Shown here piece after piece: positions 52,107 through 64,000 of a stretch of DNA of 64,000 bases; position 1 is the stretch's first letter, and every line of letters begins with the position of its first letter. Source of the stretch: Camelus ferus (taxonomy: Eukaryota); contig NC_045697.1 in assembly GCF_009834535.1 (NCBI RefSeq), positions 76,324,001 through 76,388,000 of the forward strand, read 5' to 3'. A model generated the notes under the pieces. It searched no databases, was not told the origin of the DNA, and saw only the letters and a program-made list of their open reading frames with translations. The position numbers and the translations under genes are program-made.

Positions 52107-53486
52107 GAGGTCTACCTTACAGTCCTCGGAACCTATGTCCACCTACCTTTCCTCCCTGGGGTTCGTCTTTTCACGTGGTTGAAATCAAACTGAAAAAGTA
52201 TAGCATAGCCTTGCTGGACAAAGGTAGCTACACAGAACCACCTGCAGCAGAAGTGCTGACCAGCAAGGGCCAAGGCCACTGAATGACAGGAGTCTAGCCT
52301 GGAGTACGTGCTCAGCCACTTACTTCCTTAACCTCTCAACTGCCTGTTACAGCTCTAATCTCCCACTAGGCAAAGCTGGGGAGAATCCCCCAAGGTTCCA
52401 TACCCGTGTGTTGACTCTGTTTCTGGAATGTCTGTTCCAAATTGTTAAGCTCCCGAAGTGTGAGCCATTCTGTTCTACTAAAATAACAGCCCCCTTCCAG
52501 GTTTGGTGCTTGCTTGTCCTCTGGGATTCCTTGGTAGTTTCAAGATTGGATAATTAAACACAAGAAACTGAAGAAACTCATCTGAGAGGAAATACGCAGA
52601 GGCTCATGCTGGCGAGAAGGTAGGAACTCAGAGGCTATGAGGATAAGGCATTGCTAGAGGTGGGTGGACAAAGAAAGACACTGGAGTCTTCAAACTAAAA
52701 GGGAGTCTGTGAAATTTATAGTCAGTTGCCAGCAGAGTATGATTTGGCAGAAAGGGGCGGGAATCACCAGGATAGAACCTTAGAACCAGAAAGCCAAACC
52801 GACTGGAACCTGAAGTGAAACAGAACGGTACCGTCCTTCTGACTTTGCCACTTGGAGTTCAAAGCAGTAAGCAGCATGCCTTGTTAGGCAGCGGCGACCA
52901 GCGTGCCAGTGGTAGAAATGGAGGGCTACTGGATTTTTAAATGGAAGGCCATCAGACTCTACAGTATCCCAAAGTAGCCTCCCATTTTTATCATGCTTAA
53001 TGCCAACTTACACACACAACACACCCACTCATGCACACTCACAGAGCCATAGTAAGGGCAGAGAGTGGTTCCTTAAGAAAACAACAGCAACAAAGCCTTT
53101 GAAACTATTGATAATTAATAAGCTAGGCACCAGCAATTAATATGTGCGGAGATGGGGCGCCTACTGTTCCCCGAGCCATAGCTCATTTAAAATACTCACC
53201 CTGTAATTTATGAGCGATATTTAATACCTCAGTGACCATAAACCTCAATGTTTTATTACCACTGCTTAGCATACCTTTGATGTGCTGCCCAGCACTACAC
53301 AATCCAAAACAAATTACTTTCAGGAAGCTGGATATTATATAAATGCAGGAAAGTCATAAATAAGGCACAGGAGGAATATTCTCGGTGGGTTCTGACCTGC
53401 CACAACGGGTCTCTGTGATGGGACTTCTCAGGCATCTCCCCGGCCCTGGAGGAGGGGCGGGGGACCATCCATCTGAGGCGGGTTTG

Positions 53487-53540
53487 TCAGACACGGAGGG
53501 CATGCTGGCTTCCAGGCACCACTGACGCCACTTTTTCAAC
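53487..53540 (-). CDS. Candidate distal coding exon VEKVASVVPGSQHALRV* (phase 0 after the 57529 exon)
   Basis: Acceptor ctgctaatgccatag|GTT; minus AATAAA at 53257-53252; also a strong donor AGG|GTGAGT at 53200/53199. Confidence 0.3.
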   Translation of the reverse strand, partial: VEKVASVVPGSQHALRV

Positions 53541-53759
53541 CTATGGCATTAGCAGATGTGAAGCAAACGAGGCCCACTTAGGAAGCTGTGGTCTTCTTAA
53601 TGAGCTACAGATGTATAAGGAATGGCCCTTCCACTGGCGTTTTTGGTGGGCTCTTCACCATCTTCCCTGCTATCGCTTGGACATGTGTCAGCTCCCCTTC
53701 CCATTCTCAACAGCATTTGTTCAAAACCCTCCACTCTCTTCGAGGCCCTGACCCCCCAC

Positions 53760-55870
53760 ACCTGCTGTCTTGGAAGAAGAGATAATCTACTGCCTCGCTG
53801 AGGAAATCGAGGCCATCAGGCAAGAACTCCTCCATCTTCTCTCCCCAGCACATCCAAACGTTTGCCTCCATCCTCATGTACAACTCTCATCTTGAACAGG
53901 ACAGTTCTTTCCAAAGGCAAAACCCCTGTGTCTTTGATCACGTCCCCTCCTCTCTCCTCTGGCCATGACCTGTAAATCATCCCCTTACCTCTATAGTCCT
54001 CTCCTTCTCCACAGGTTCCTGGCTTTTGGTCCTCAAATAGGATCGAATATAGTGCATCCTACAAATGAATAAGCAAGCAAAAGAAAATCTTCTCCATGAC
54101 CACATTCCCTTATTTCTGAAGATGCACTTTTACTCTGTCTCCGCCCCGCATCCAACACTTGAAAAGTGGTGGCCTTTGCCCAATTCAGACCTTGCCGCTG
54201 TTGTCAAGCAGATTCTGTCCTCAACAATCTACTAAGAATGTTACAGTGGTTTTCCACATCCCATGACCTCCTTCAGACCCCTGGCAGGGTTAGGTGTAGT
54301 TGCTCCCTTGCTATACCCCACCTGAAATCTCCCAGGCTTGTGTGTTCATATTCTTGTTCAGTATTTCAGTCCCCACTCGGGTCTCTTGCTGGCTCTGCTT
54401 CCCCTGCTCATCCCTCGTCTCTATCTCTTCTCTGAGCACTCTTTCTGGTTGAGCTCAACTTCTTCACTGGCTTCAGCCATCCTTCTGACACTAGTGGCTT
54501 CCAGTCCTGTCTCTGAACCTCATTTCTATAAGTTCCGCTGGTTCCCCACTGGACAACCTCACCTAGTGTCCCACAGGTCAGCTTTCCAAAATGAAAGTTA
54601 CAATGAAGGCTAGACAAGTACTAAAATATATAGATAGGTGCCAAACTACCACCTCCACAGACCATTTGCTAATTACAAAGGGGAAACGTATCTTTACAAT
54701 GGAGAGATACAATACAAAGGGGAAACGTATCTTTACAATGGAGAGATACAATGACCATCATATCAACGAATCAAATGTAGTATCGTTCCACAGGCTGTGC
54801 AACAACCTGACATTATACCTTTGCTGATGGGATAAAATATAAAATATGGCATTGCCTGTAAATTATTGTTGTCTAAGACATTTAACCTGAACGTAATCAA
54901 GTCTTTAGAACCCAACTTTCTGTTACATAAAAACACACAGAGAACCAAGTTGAATGATGCCACACACTAATAATCAGGCAAATCCAGATTGTGAGACCTC
55001 TCTAAGACAAGTGCCTGGTCCCTTAAAAAACACAATAAATGACAGCTAATATCATTTGGAAAATGGAGAATGTTCTAGAATGAAACGACTAAAGAGAGAC
55101 AACCAAATGCAATGCATGAAACTTGATTGAAAATGCTTTAAACAACCAACTATAAAAGATATTTCCAGGTGCAATCTGGGAAATTTGAACATGGGCTTTA
55201 AACTAGATAACATTAGAAAAATAGTGTAAATTTTCTTAGATGTGGTAATGGTATTGTGTTTATGGAAGAGAATGTTCTTATTCTTGGGAGACGTATGTTG
55301 AATTTAGGGATAAATTTCCGTGGTGCCTGCAACTTACTTTCAAATGTTTCTGCAGAAACAAAGGTGTGTGTATATAGATGTGTATAAATCAAATATGGCA
55401 AAGGATCAATAACTTTTTTGTTTAGATGATACGTGTAGGAAAATTCAATTTACTTTGTCAACGTTCTTGCGTGTTTAAAATTTTTCATTTGAAAAGCTAG
55501 GAAAAACAAGTCAAAAATGTAAATAGACATTTAAAATTTATTTTTTTTTCAACCTCACACCTACTCCTTCTTTCCTATTCATTATTCACCAACTACATCA
55601 AGCTAAATGTCTTGGCATGATCTGTAACTTCTCCCCTCCTCCTCACATCCCCTGTCTCCCCCATTCTATCAGCTGGTCTCCATGTCTCCATCTCTTGCGG
55701 GTGGGGGGGGGGTGTCTCTCCAGCTCACAGCTGCTGCACTGCCTTCATCAGGCCTCCATCGGGAGCCCCTGGGTCCCCACCACCCAGGCTCAAGCTCCTC
55801 CCCAATCAGTCCATCAGGAAACCTTTCAACAGGCCCCTACCGCCTGCAAAGTAAATCAAATTCTCTGAAG
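53760..55870 (+). mobile_element. L2 fragments interrupted by an L1ME-type 3' UTR (~54590-55530)
   Basis: Pyrimidine-rich L2 body (ccccactggacaacctcacctagtgtcccacagg); L1ME motifs aattacaaaggggaaa...ttcttagatgtggtaatggtattgtg. Confidence 0.7.
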
Positions 55871-56219
55871 TAAAAATCTTACAGGATAACACTGAAATGG
55901 AATCTGGAGGTAAGGACGTGGAGGAGGTCAAACTTACCTCCAGAGACACCCTCAGGCTTTTGACTTCTAATCTAGAGTTCTGAGCCCTGCGCTGCCTGGC
56001 TCTAAGCCTCACTTCTGTGCTGAGATAGCAAAGAAGATGGGCCTAAGAGAAAGTACAGTGCTCCCTGTGAACCCTAAGCTGTCTGAGGAGAAAGAGTTCA
56101 TTTATGGATCAGCAAAGTAGCCTAGATTTTTAAGGCCTATAAAAGAGAGTCTTTTAAATATCACAGCTATGACCTCAGAGGCTCAATGAAAGACTCACTT
56201 TATTGACTCCAGAAGTGGT

Positions 56220-56670
56220 TTATAACACTCTGCTGGGGAAGCTGAGGGGAAGCAGATATTCCCATACATTGTTAGCATAAGTGAAAACTGGTACAGTCCC
56301 TGCGGAGGGCAGTTTGGCAACATCCAAATGAGTATGTCCTTCCTTAGATCCTGGCAATGTCACTTCAGAAAATGTGTCCCACAGATAAACTTGCACGTAT
56401 GCAAAATGATGTATGGGTATGTAATGTTGCTGTATCATTCATTGAAGCATTGTGTGAACTGGCAAAATACTGAAATAAACCAAACGTCCACCAATAAGAG
56501 ACTAGTTAAATAATGACACATCAACCTAAAGAAATTCTACGCAGAGACATCAACCTAAAGAAATTTTATGCAGCTAATATAATGAACTGAGGAAGGCCTC
56601 TATGCACAAATACCTGCAATATACATTGTAATGTGCAAAAAGCAACACGCATCAGGGTGTGTACAGTACT
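56220..56670 (+). mobile_element. Old L1M fragment
   Basis: aactggtacagtccctgcggagggcagtttggcaa...aaaccaaacgtccaccaataagagactagttaaataa. Confidence 0.75.
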
Positions 56671-57008
56671 CTAAGGGCTCAAGAAGTAAAAAGGCAAAAA
56701 GGGCACACCACAATAATGTAGCAATATTAACTACAGAAAGCCCCCATCGTTTCTCAGGTTAGGAAAACACAGGGAGGACACAGGGTTATCAGAACCTAGA
56801 AACTTGAGGAGGCATTCCACGGAGCTGGCACTCGGACACCTGAGAAGGGGCACGGCCGGCTGGTGCTGACGTCTCTGCTGGGGCGGCGCAGACACGGAGG
56901 CTGATGTGGGGCGCGCAGGGGCAAGCTGGCGTCGGGAACCACGTGCACGGATGTGCTCTCCTCTTCCCGCCTTCCTGTCTTCCTCTAGTTTTCTCTACGG
57001 GCTGATTC

Positions 57009-57020
57009 TCAGAGAACCAG
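57009..57020 (-). CDS. Candidate proximal terminal coding exon LVL* (3' UTR to AATAAA at 56204-56199)
   Basis: Strong acceptor catttttctcttgatag|CTG GTT CTC TGA, phase 0, compatible with the 57529 donor. Confidence 0.3.
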   Translation of the reverse strand: MVL

Positions 57021-57528
57021 CTATCAAGAGAAAAATGCCGTTTCCAGAGTCCCAGACTGGAGAACAGAAGGATGGATCTGAAGCTGAGAGGCACTCGGCT
57101 TAGTAACTAGCGCGCTGGACTCAGTCGGGGTGGCCGCCTTGGGCACAGGGTCACACGTGTGACTGTGGGAACTGGTGCATCTGGAAGTGACGATGGGCTT
57201 CCCGCCATGCCCTGGAGCTGCCCCTCCCCCCGCAGGCTGCGACTGGCTCCGGCACCAGGAGCGAGGTTTAGATTCGCACCAGGTGACCGCGTATCTTCTG
57301 TGGGCCGGAGCCCTGGTGGACTTTTTTGCATATGTTGCTTTTATTTATCCTTCTGCTGTCACTTGGGATGAATAACCTCATCGTCAATTCATAAATGAGA
57401 ATGTTGACTGAGCAAAAGGCATACTTCCGAGTAGAGGGTCTCCTTCCCCCTCTTCTCCCCTCATTCTCATTCTGTCAGATAATAGGGTGTTAGCTGAACT
57501 GCACAAACCAGTGGTTTTAGCCGCTCAC

Positions 57529-57730
57529 CTGAAAATCCCCGTTGGGCCTCACCGGGATGTCCGAGGTGGCACAGCCGCGCGCGCGGGAAGCGACCCCTTC
57601 ATCTTCGAGCACCTGGCCCCGGGAGGCCGGCTTCTCAGATGCCTGCCTGTCTGCGCTCTCCAGTTCCTTCCTCTCCACATCCATCTTCAGGTGCCCAGTC
57701 CCGAAAGATGGCCCGGCAGCCAAATGAGCT
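57529..57730 (-). CDS. Probable 202-nt exon of an unidentified gene: AHLAAGPSFGTGHLKMDVERKELESADRQASEKPASRGQVLEDEGVASRARGCATSDIPVRPNGDFQ
   Basis: Acceptor ctttgtctttcctgctgcag|, donor TTTCAG|gtgagc; only one frame open end to end; CpG- and purine-rich; internal AAGATGG Kozak ATG at 57684-57682. Confidence 0.55.
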
Positions 57731-58632
57731 CTGCAGCAGGAAAGACAAAGCTGCCTCATCTCCTTGAGTCAGCGGCTGCGGCTGAAAGCAAAGAAAAAGT
57801 CAGCCCTGTGGTGTGACTCCAGAGGAAGCACTTAGAGGAGTGGGCTTCACGTGTCTTCCCCAAAAGGCAGGCTTTGTCTGCCACAGCCAGTGCCTCTAGC
57901 GTGTTTGTGAACCGTGTCGATGCTCTGCCAGCGGCTCCCTGCCCGCCCGCGATGTTTTCCACTGAGGTCGGAGAACGTCCCCCAACACACTTCTCCCCGA
58001 ATGGTGATTGGAGGGAAGGCTAATTGAAGTGTTTGTCATCTTTTCTTGAGGCCGTATGCCACAAAGGAAATTCCTAAAAATCAAAAATAAAACTTATTTA
58101 CACAATAGCTATGATGCCAGATGAGGAGCAAGCAGCTCTTAACTGGGTTTTAGAAATAGAGTAGAAAATCCTCACAAAACAGATAAACAGTAAGAAACTA
58201 ACCAAGATACAAACTTCGCTTTTCAAGTGACCCACTTGGATACATAAACAACAGTTGTGTCCTCTTTAAGAACTCGTATCATAAGAAAATTTGGACTTAC
58301 AAAATAACCAAATTAACCAGGGGTTATTTGCTTTACCAAGGAATCTCTGCAAACTAACCACAAAGGATTCTTTTGTTGTTTCCCCAGTACGAATCCCTTT
58401 CCCCAAATCCCTTTCTATTCGGTTGTATGTAAGTCTTAGGAATAAGTCCATTTTGTGAAGTGCAGGGTCCCAGTACTCAGTACAAGGGGGTTTTATTTTA
58501 CCAGTGAAGGCTCTGTCTGAATCCCAGTATTGAGCCTAGTCTCTATTTCTTGCTTTGGTTTCACTGCTCTCTATTTCCTGTGGAAACCTAGACCAATTCA
58601 AGGAATACAGGTTGAACGTGAACTGCACTTAC

Positions 58633-58654
58633 CGCCTCACATGGCTAAGGCAAC
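58633..58654 (-). CDS. Hypothetical 22-nt microexon (G)CLSHVR(R)
   Basis: cag|GTTGCCTTAGCCATGTGAGGCG|gtaagt converts phase 1 to phase 2 as needed to join the flanking candidate exons; the polypyrimidine tract is poor. Confidence 0.15.
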
Positions 58655-59965
58655 CTGAATTGTTTCACTTTCAATTGCAATGTAACTTTGCAAAAGGACT
58701 AAAACCATCTGAACTTGCAAAAAACTGGAATCACCTTTTCCCCCCTTAATACATTTGCAGCCCCATTCTCTCTTTCTCACAGTACTTTTATATGAAAATG
58801 TACATATTGAGATGTTACCATAGATTTCTCTGACTTTTATTCAAACCCACAAGCCTCAATATGGGGCAAAAAAAAAAAAAAAAAAAAAAAAAAACAAAAA
58901 AACCTACCAAAATTAGATAGTCTTGGTGGATTTCTAAAGTTTCAGGTTTCCAACCAGGCTAGAAATAGCATCGGGATAAATCCTTCTGTGTGATGTGATG
59001 GTTCTGATGCCACTCCTAAGTCACCCTTTACTAGGGTTAAGATTTGAAAAAACCACAGTTTAAAAGATTAGACTTTTAGAAATTGGAGTAGTGTTTGAAT
59101 TGTGTTAAAGATTTGTGTTGTCCTTTATTTCACTTTAAATTATTCCTCTTCCCCCAACTAATAATGGATTTGCCCAGTGAATGTAGGTGGCTCAGGCCAC
59201 TGTCTATTGGTATGAAGCAGCTAGGGAGAGAGTGAAGCCCAGTGCAAAAGACCAGCTTCTTCTGCTTCATGGAGATGCTCAGTAAGACGGTCAAGTACAC
59301 ACTCGCTACCATCACTTGTGACAGGGGACAGACAAATGCCCACTGTAAATGGCTTTAATGTAATACACACTACATTTACAATTTCCCTATTTATTTCTCT
59401 CTGGATCTATATATGTGAGTATGTGTACATGTGAATGCATATGTGTGTATATACGTGTATTTAAAAAAATTTAAATTTCCTGAGAGGTTCTGTTGAAGGG
59501 AGTCCTATTATTCATCTGCAAGTGGAAATCTGATCATTCAGAAGTAAGATCATCTCTCTCCTAAGACCTGAGTGGGTCCTGTCCAAGCTGGAGGAGGCCA
59601 CCCAAAAGTAACCATATTCCCAGTATACTTTGAACATGAATGTAAAGTAAATGTTAGCTTTCCCAGGATTTGAGCTAAGCACGACAAACAACACATGAGT
59701 CCAGAAAACTCATAGGAGCTTTCAGAAGTTTGCTTTGATGCTATTAACAATCAAAGACATTAGACTCAGTTCCCGTATGAACAATTATATATTCTGCTCC
59801 TCCCAAGTCAGGCCTAACTGCACAGAAGTTTAGAGAGGCATTCCATGGTCCTCTCAGCAGAGGCAGAACCAGCTCACCAGTGGCAAATAAGACGCATCTC
59901 TCTGCAAGTGGATAGGGTTCCACAGCTGGGCAAGAGTGCTCTTCCTGATCTATTTATCACCTCAC

Positions 59966-60072
59966 CTATGTTCATGTGCCTCAACTGTCTGTTTCCACTT
60001 TGTCTAAATGAGCTACTAACGCTTGTGCGGAGACCATATTCATTCCTTGTTCCTGCCCCAACTATATAGGAC
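59966..60072 (-). CDS. Candidate 107-nt exon SYIVGAGTRNEYGLRTSVSSSFRQSGNRQLRHMNI (or a 5' UTR exon)
   Basis: Acceptor ctccatttttcaatag|, donor ATAG|gtgagg; one open frame. Confidence 0.35.
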
Positions 60073-62756
60073 CTATTGAAAAATGGAGATTCTATGAGAG
60101 CCCAAACAATATTTGACTCAAATGAACTAGTGTCGATAGATTGCGGAGACGCAAATGAGGAGAATGAAGGAAACATGAACAATAGCAGGAAGAAGTGAAG
60201 GTGAGATTCCTTTAAAAAAAAAAAAAAAAAAAAAAGAGCTGATTTCTCATGGTGTCAAGCCAATGAGGAGGGGTTCCGGGACAGAAGTCAGGGATTCCAA
60301 GGCACACAGAGTCAACATGATGAATGAAAAGCCACCTGGATGGACACTGTGGTGAGCTGGAAATCACGTGCTTTGTCTACATGGGGGAGTGGCTACTACA
60401 TTCCAGGCTATTAATGTCTGCAGGAATACAGAACCATGTAAATAACCGATTTTCAGGAGAAGCCAGAATTCTAGAAATCTCTGAGGACTCTCCCAATTTT
60501 GAAATGTTACAGGTTACATTTAACAAACATCTAAACACCAGGCAAGCCGAGCAAAACACTCTGTGGGCTGCCAGTTTGCAATCACTGCTATATGGGATGG
60601 ACATCTCGGGGAAGGTAAGTAGAGACAGGCTACCTGTCAGAACAGAGAGGCAAGTACAGACTGAGTGGTTAGACTCTAAAACTGGTAGGGTCCTTTCACA
60701 CTCTCACTAACCCAGACTTGGGCTCAAACGTGCTGAGGATCACTGACTCTGCTCCTCACCCTGGCAAAGTGCGAGCTACGCTCCCACAGTACTGAGTAGC
60801 CCAAGCGCCTCAATCCAACCCTTGATTTTCAATTCAAGAATTTCTTATTGGTCTCAAAGTAAGCTCATGAGAACAAAATTAAAATTAAGCCAAATGCTTT
60901 TGCTGTTTATCAAATAACAGAGGTACATCTTTGTTTTCCAAAGAAGAAAACTCAGAAAATTATACTTATAGGCTCAGTAACAGAAATCCAGTTTTTCCTG
61001 AAACAGTTTTCCTCTGGGTATCAATGCATGGCTGACGATTGGGACTGATGGAGTCACCATTTTGGTACCTGGGTGGGCCTCGATGAATGCTTTACTGGGG
61101 GTCCCTTACAAGGCAGGAAATCTCAAACCCTTCCCAGACACCTAGAACCAAATTAAATCTGAAGAACAACAACAAAAATAATGTTAGTATTTTCAGATTA
61201 AGTGTTTATAAGGAATCAAAGAACCAAGACAGAAGACCACGAGAAAGAGGAAGCTGTGACCCATCATCTTTTTTATGAACAATGACCAATGGTTTTCTTT
61301 CTCAATGTGCCTCCCACTGGTCCCCTGATACTCAAAATCCCCATGGCTCGGGCCTAACAGAGAGAAGAGACTACCTCTCTGGTCAGCATCATGGGTCATG
61401 TGCGTTCTTCTGAACATGGCCAGATAAGTAGAATGTGGTTCAGAAAAGAGACACAGGTAGCTGTCCAGAGACTTTCAAATTATGAGACCTGGGACATTTG
61501 TCCTGGCCTGTTCTAAGGGCCACATAGGTATACTTTCTGTACAGGCAGCTGTAAGTCATATACTGAGAAATGCATCTTTCTTCCTTTTACTAGAAAAGTG
61601 CCCCCCCTTTTTTTCAGTATTCATTTTTGTTTTAAATTGGTTTTGCTATTTTTGGGTGTGAAATGGTATGTAATCCTTCTATTCTTTTATTGAATAAATA
61701 CTGTGGGCACTGGAAAAATCATTGAGCTAAACAAAATGGATAAAATCCTTACCCTTAAGGGGCTTACACTCCAGTGGCTGACATGGTGCTAGTATTTTCT
61801 GTCTCAAAAGATGACACAGAAAGCTTGTCCTGAATTTCAAGCTTCACTGGAATATTTTACATTGGTGACTCTGTTCTAAAGAACGAAGAAAAATATGTTT
61901 TCCTATTTCATGGTGTTAGCATCTAGACTTCGATGGAGTCCCAGAAGGAAGTCAGATTTGAAGGGGCAAGTTCATATTGCTGGAAGCTTGGGAAGGCAAA
62001 GTGATTGACGGTCTCCAGTTTCATGTGGGAGTTGGGGGCTGGATACATTGAGAATCTGACAAAACTAAGGCAAATTATCTTCTGAACTGGTTCAAATATT
62101 TGTAGCAAGCCCCTCTGTGCAAAATTTCACGACTTCTTTATGGTAATTAGTTTCATGGAATATTGCCAAATGGCATATTTTTTCAACTCTGAGGCCCTTT
62201 GTAAGCACTCCTGGGAATGTCTGAAATATGAGATAAGCACTCTTAACCCAAAGTTTTATTTAAAAGTTTAATTAACACAAACAGCAAATGACACATTGAT
62301 TGCTATTAAGAAGGTAGACTATACGCAAATCTGTGAGCCACCAAGTGACTCTAAAACCCATTTGCCTCAGCAACCACAGAGCTTGATTTCCCTCTCGAGC
62401 CGGCAGGAGAGCCCTCAGCATGCATGTCCCCATCATCAGCCACCCAGGTCCGCAGGACTGCACTGTGCAGGGAACCTTGGCGCTGGTAGGGAACCATTTT
62501 TAGCTGGGTCTCTGTCCAACCCTCGCCCCCTCCACTGGTACAGGCCCACCCTGCCAGTCTTCTGGTTTTTGATCTCCCTCAAGCCACCTGCCGGGAAGTC
62601 ACCGGCCTCAGAGGAACTCTCTCATTCATCTGAGCCTCGTCCTGGTCTGAGAAACTCACATTTACCAAATCCTCTCTGGAGCCTCCAGAACATGGAGAAT
62701 GACTTAACCTTGGTTCTCTCCAGTTTTTCCTTTGCTAGAACTTCAGTTCTTCAAGG

Positions 62757-62760
<4 letters not shown>

Positions 62761-62802
<42 letters not shown>
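62761..62802 (+). repeat. (TG)21 microsatellite
   Basis: Direct reading. Confidence 0.98.
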
Positions 62803-62803
<1 letters not shown>

Positions 62804-63094
62804 CAGAGACAGAAAGAGAAGAGCAGAAGCACACAAAGCCTCATGGTGCTTAGGCTCAACACCTGGCACACGGTCACTTCCGCCTCACTCTGTTGGCCAA
62901 AGCATGTTTCAAGGCCAGCACAGGTATATTGGAGAGTATATTTCTCCATCTCTTGAGGGGAGGAGCTCAAAACTCACATTGCAAAGGGTATGGATACAGA
63001 GAGGGCTGGAGAATTGGGGCCATTTTGCCATCAAACTGAGACAGGAGGGAAGGAGGCAGGACACAACCATTAAAAGAATGACACAGTAACTGTC

Positions 63095-63529
63095 AGTGCT
63101 GTGCTACCAAGATGGCAGAAGAGCCATCTCTCAGTGGACCTTGAGCTTCATTCTACGCTCATTGTAATATATTAGCATGCCAACCATAAAAGGTCAAAAA
63201 GTGGCTGGTGGCCCAATTCCTGGGAATCCCACCCCCTTCCCCAAAGTAGCTGGAATAATCCTTCCACTTGTTAGCCTATGAAGTTTCTGAGCCCATAAAA
63301 ACTAACAACCCTGCACCTGGTGGTGGCTCTCTCTTGCCTTCTGAGATGGCCTGCACTGTCCATGCAGTATGTATCTCTCTGAATAAATATACCTTCACTC
63401 CACCTATGGCTCACTCTTGAATTCTTTCCTGCACAAAGCCAAGGACCCTCACTTGGTGGGGTACATCCCAGGGACTCAACCAAGACCAGGGACACGACCA
63501 TCCATTCACACCCCATTTTCCTGTATCCA
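63095..63529 (+). mobile_element. MER41-like ERV1 solo LTR
   Basis: aataatccttccacttgttagcctat...AATAAA (63382-63387)...ttcactccacctatggctcactcttgaattctttcctgcacaaagccaaggaccctcacttgg...ttttcctgta parallels the MER41 consensus. Confidence 0.75.
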
Positions 63530-63586
63530 AACCACCAAGTTACCTCAGCCCAACCTCCATTTATGAGTAGCAAGGCATGCATCCAA

Positions 63587-64000
63587 CTGTCTTAGGTATC
63601 TGAGTTCCTCTGGAGATAATCCTGAGACAAGGATCCAAGTGCAAGTAGTTTACTTGGATAGTGATGCTGGGAAACACTGGTAGAAAAGTGGGAAAATGAG
63701 AGAGGGAAGGAAAGAATCTTTTGTTATTGAGCAAGTTCCTGCTATGGATAATAGAAGCTTACTTTTGCTGAGGACCTCCGTGCTGGTGTAGAAGTGGTCC
63801 CACCTGAAGGATGAGGGAACTGGGACACTTGTAGAGCAGCTCCTCTCAGTCACTGGTTGACAACTTCTTGGGTAGGAGTGGAGCACTCATGCACGGACAC
63901 TTTGGCCCTGCTATAGGAGCACAATGAACTCCAAGGTCAAACAGACAAAGTCTTTGGGTGAAGAACTGCCAACTCAGAAGCTGGGCAGTATGCACTGAGG
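63587..64000 (-). mobile_element. Ancient ERVL/MaLR-class LTR
   Basis: tgtcttagg...cctgagacaaggatccaagtgcaagtagtttacttgg. Confidence 0.65.

Noticed and set aside
61923..62051. Minus-strand acceptor ttttgtcag followed by FSMYPAPNSH...SIEV*
   Set aside because: No convincing donor or link to the downstream candidate exons.
62296..62853. 185-aa plus-strand ORF
   Set aside because: Runs through the (TG)21 microsatellite and shows no recognisable homology.
1..64000. CRISPR arrays, operons, rRNA or other prokaryotic systems
   Set aside because: The repeat content is mammalian; there are no regularly spaced repeat-spacer arrays and no long ORFs.

Overview
This is mammalian genomic DNA, not prokaryotic. 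It is most likely a camelid, judged from a tRNA-derived SINE resembling camelid Vic-1 at ~51.07-51.22 kb and short young L1 3' stubs of cetartiodactyl type. Much of the window is interspersed repeat (MIR, L2, CR1/L3, old L1M, MaLR/ERV LTRs, a hAT-Charlie element) and microsatellite; repeat names are from recall of consensus sequences, not a database search, and boundaries are approximate. The supplied ORF track appears almost entirely spurious, and I recognised no named protein-coding gene. Non-repeat signals: (1) a minus-strand spliced unit at ~53.2-60.1 kb with one convincing 202-nt exon (57529-57730), a strong-Kozak ATG and two alternative phase-0 downstream exons, which is either the 3' end of an unidentified gene or a 55/69-aa microprotein; (2) a compact minus-strand TATA/GC-box promoter at ~24.7-24.8 kb with a near-consensus steroid response element between the TATA box and the predicted TSS, and a GTGAGT donor, next to a 700-bp CA-rich tract, a possible divergent plus-strand exon and a CTCF-like site; (3) homeodomain/SOX/FOX motif-rich segments that look like developmental enhancers (1-240, 4.9-6.5 kb, 53.1-53.4 kb); (4) several unusual retrotransposition or repair scars. 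I cannot support a claim of a wholly new biological system; the best leads are the candidate hormone-responsive promoter and the spliced small ORF.
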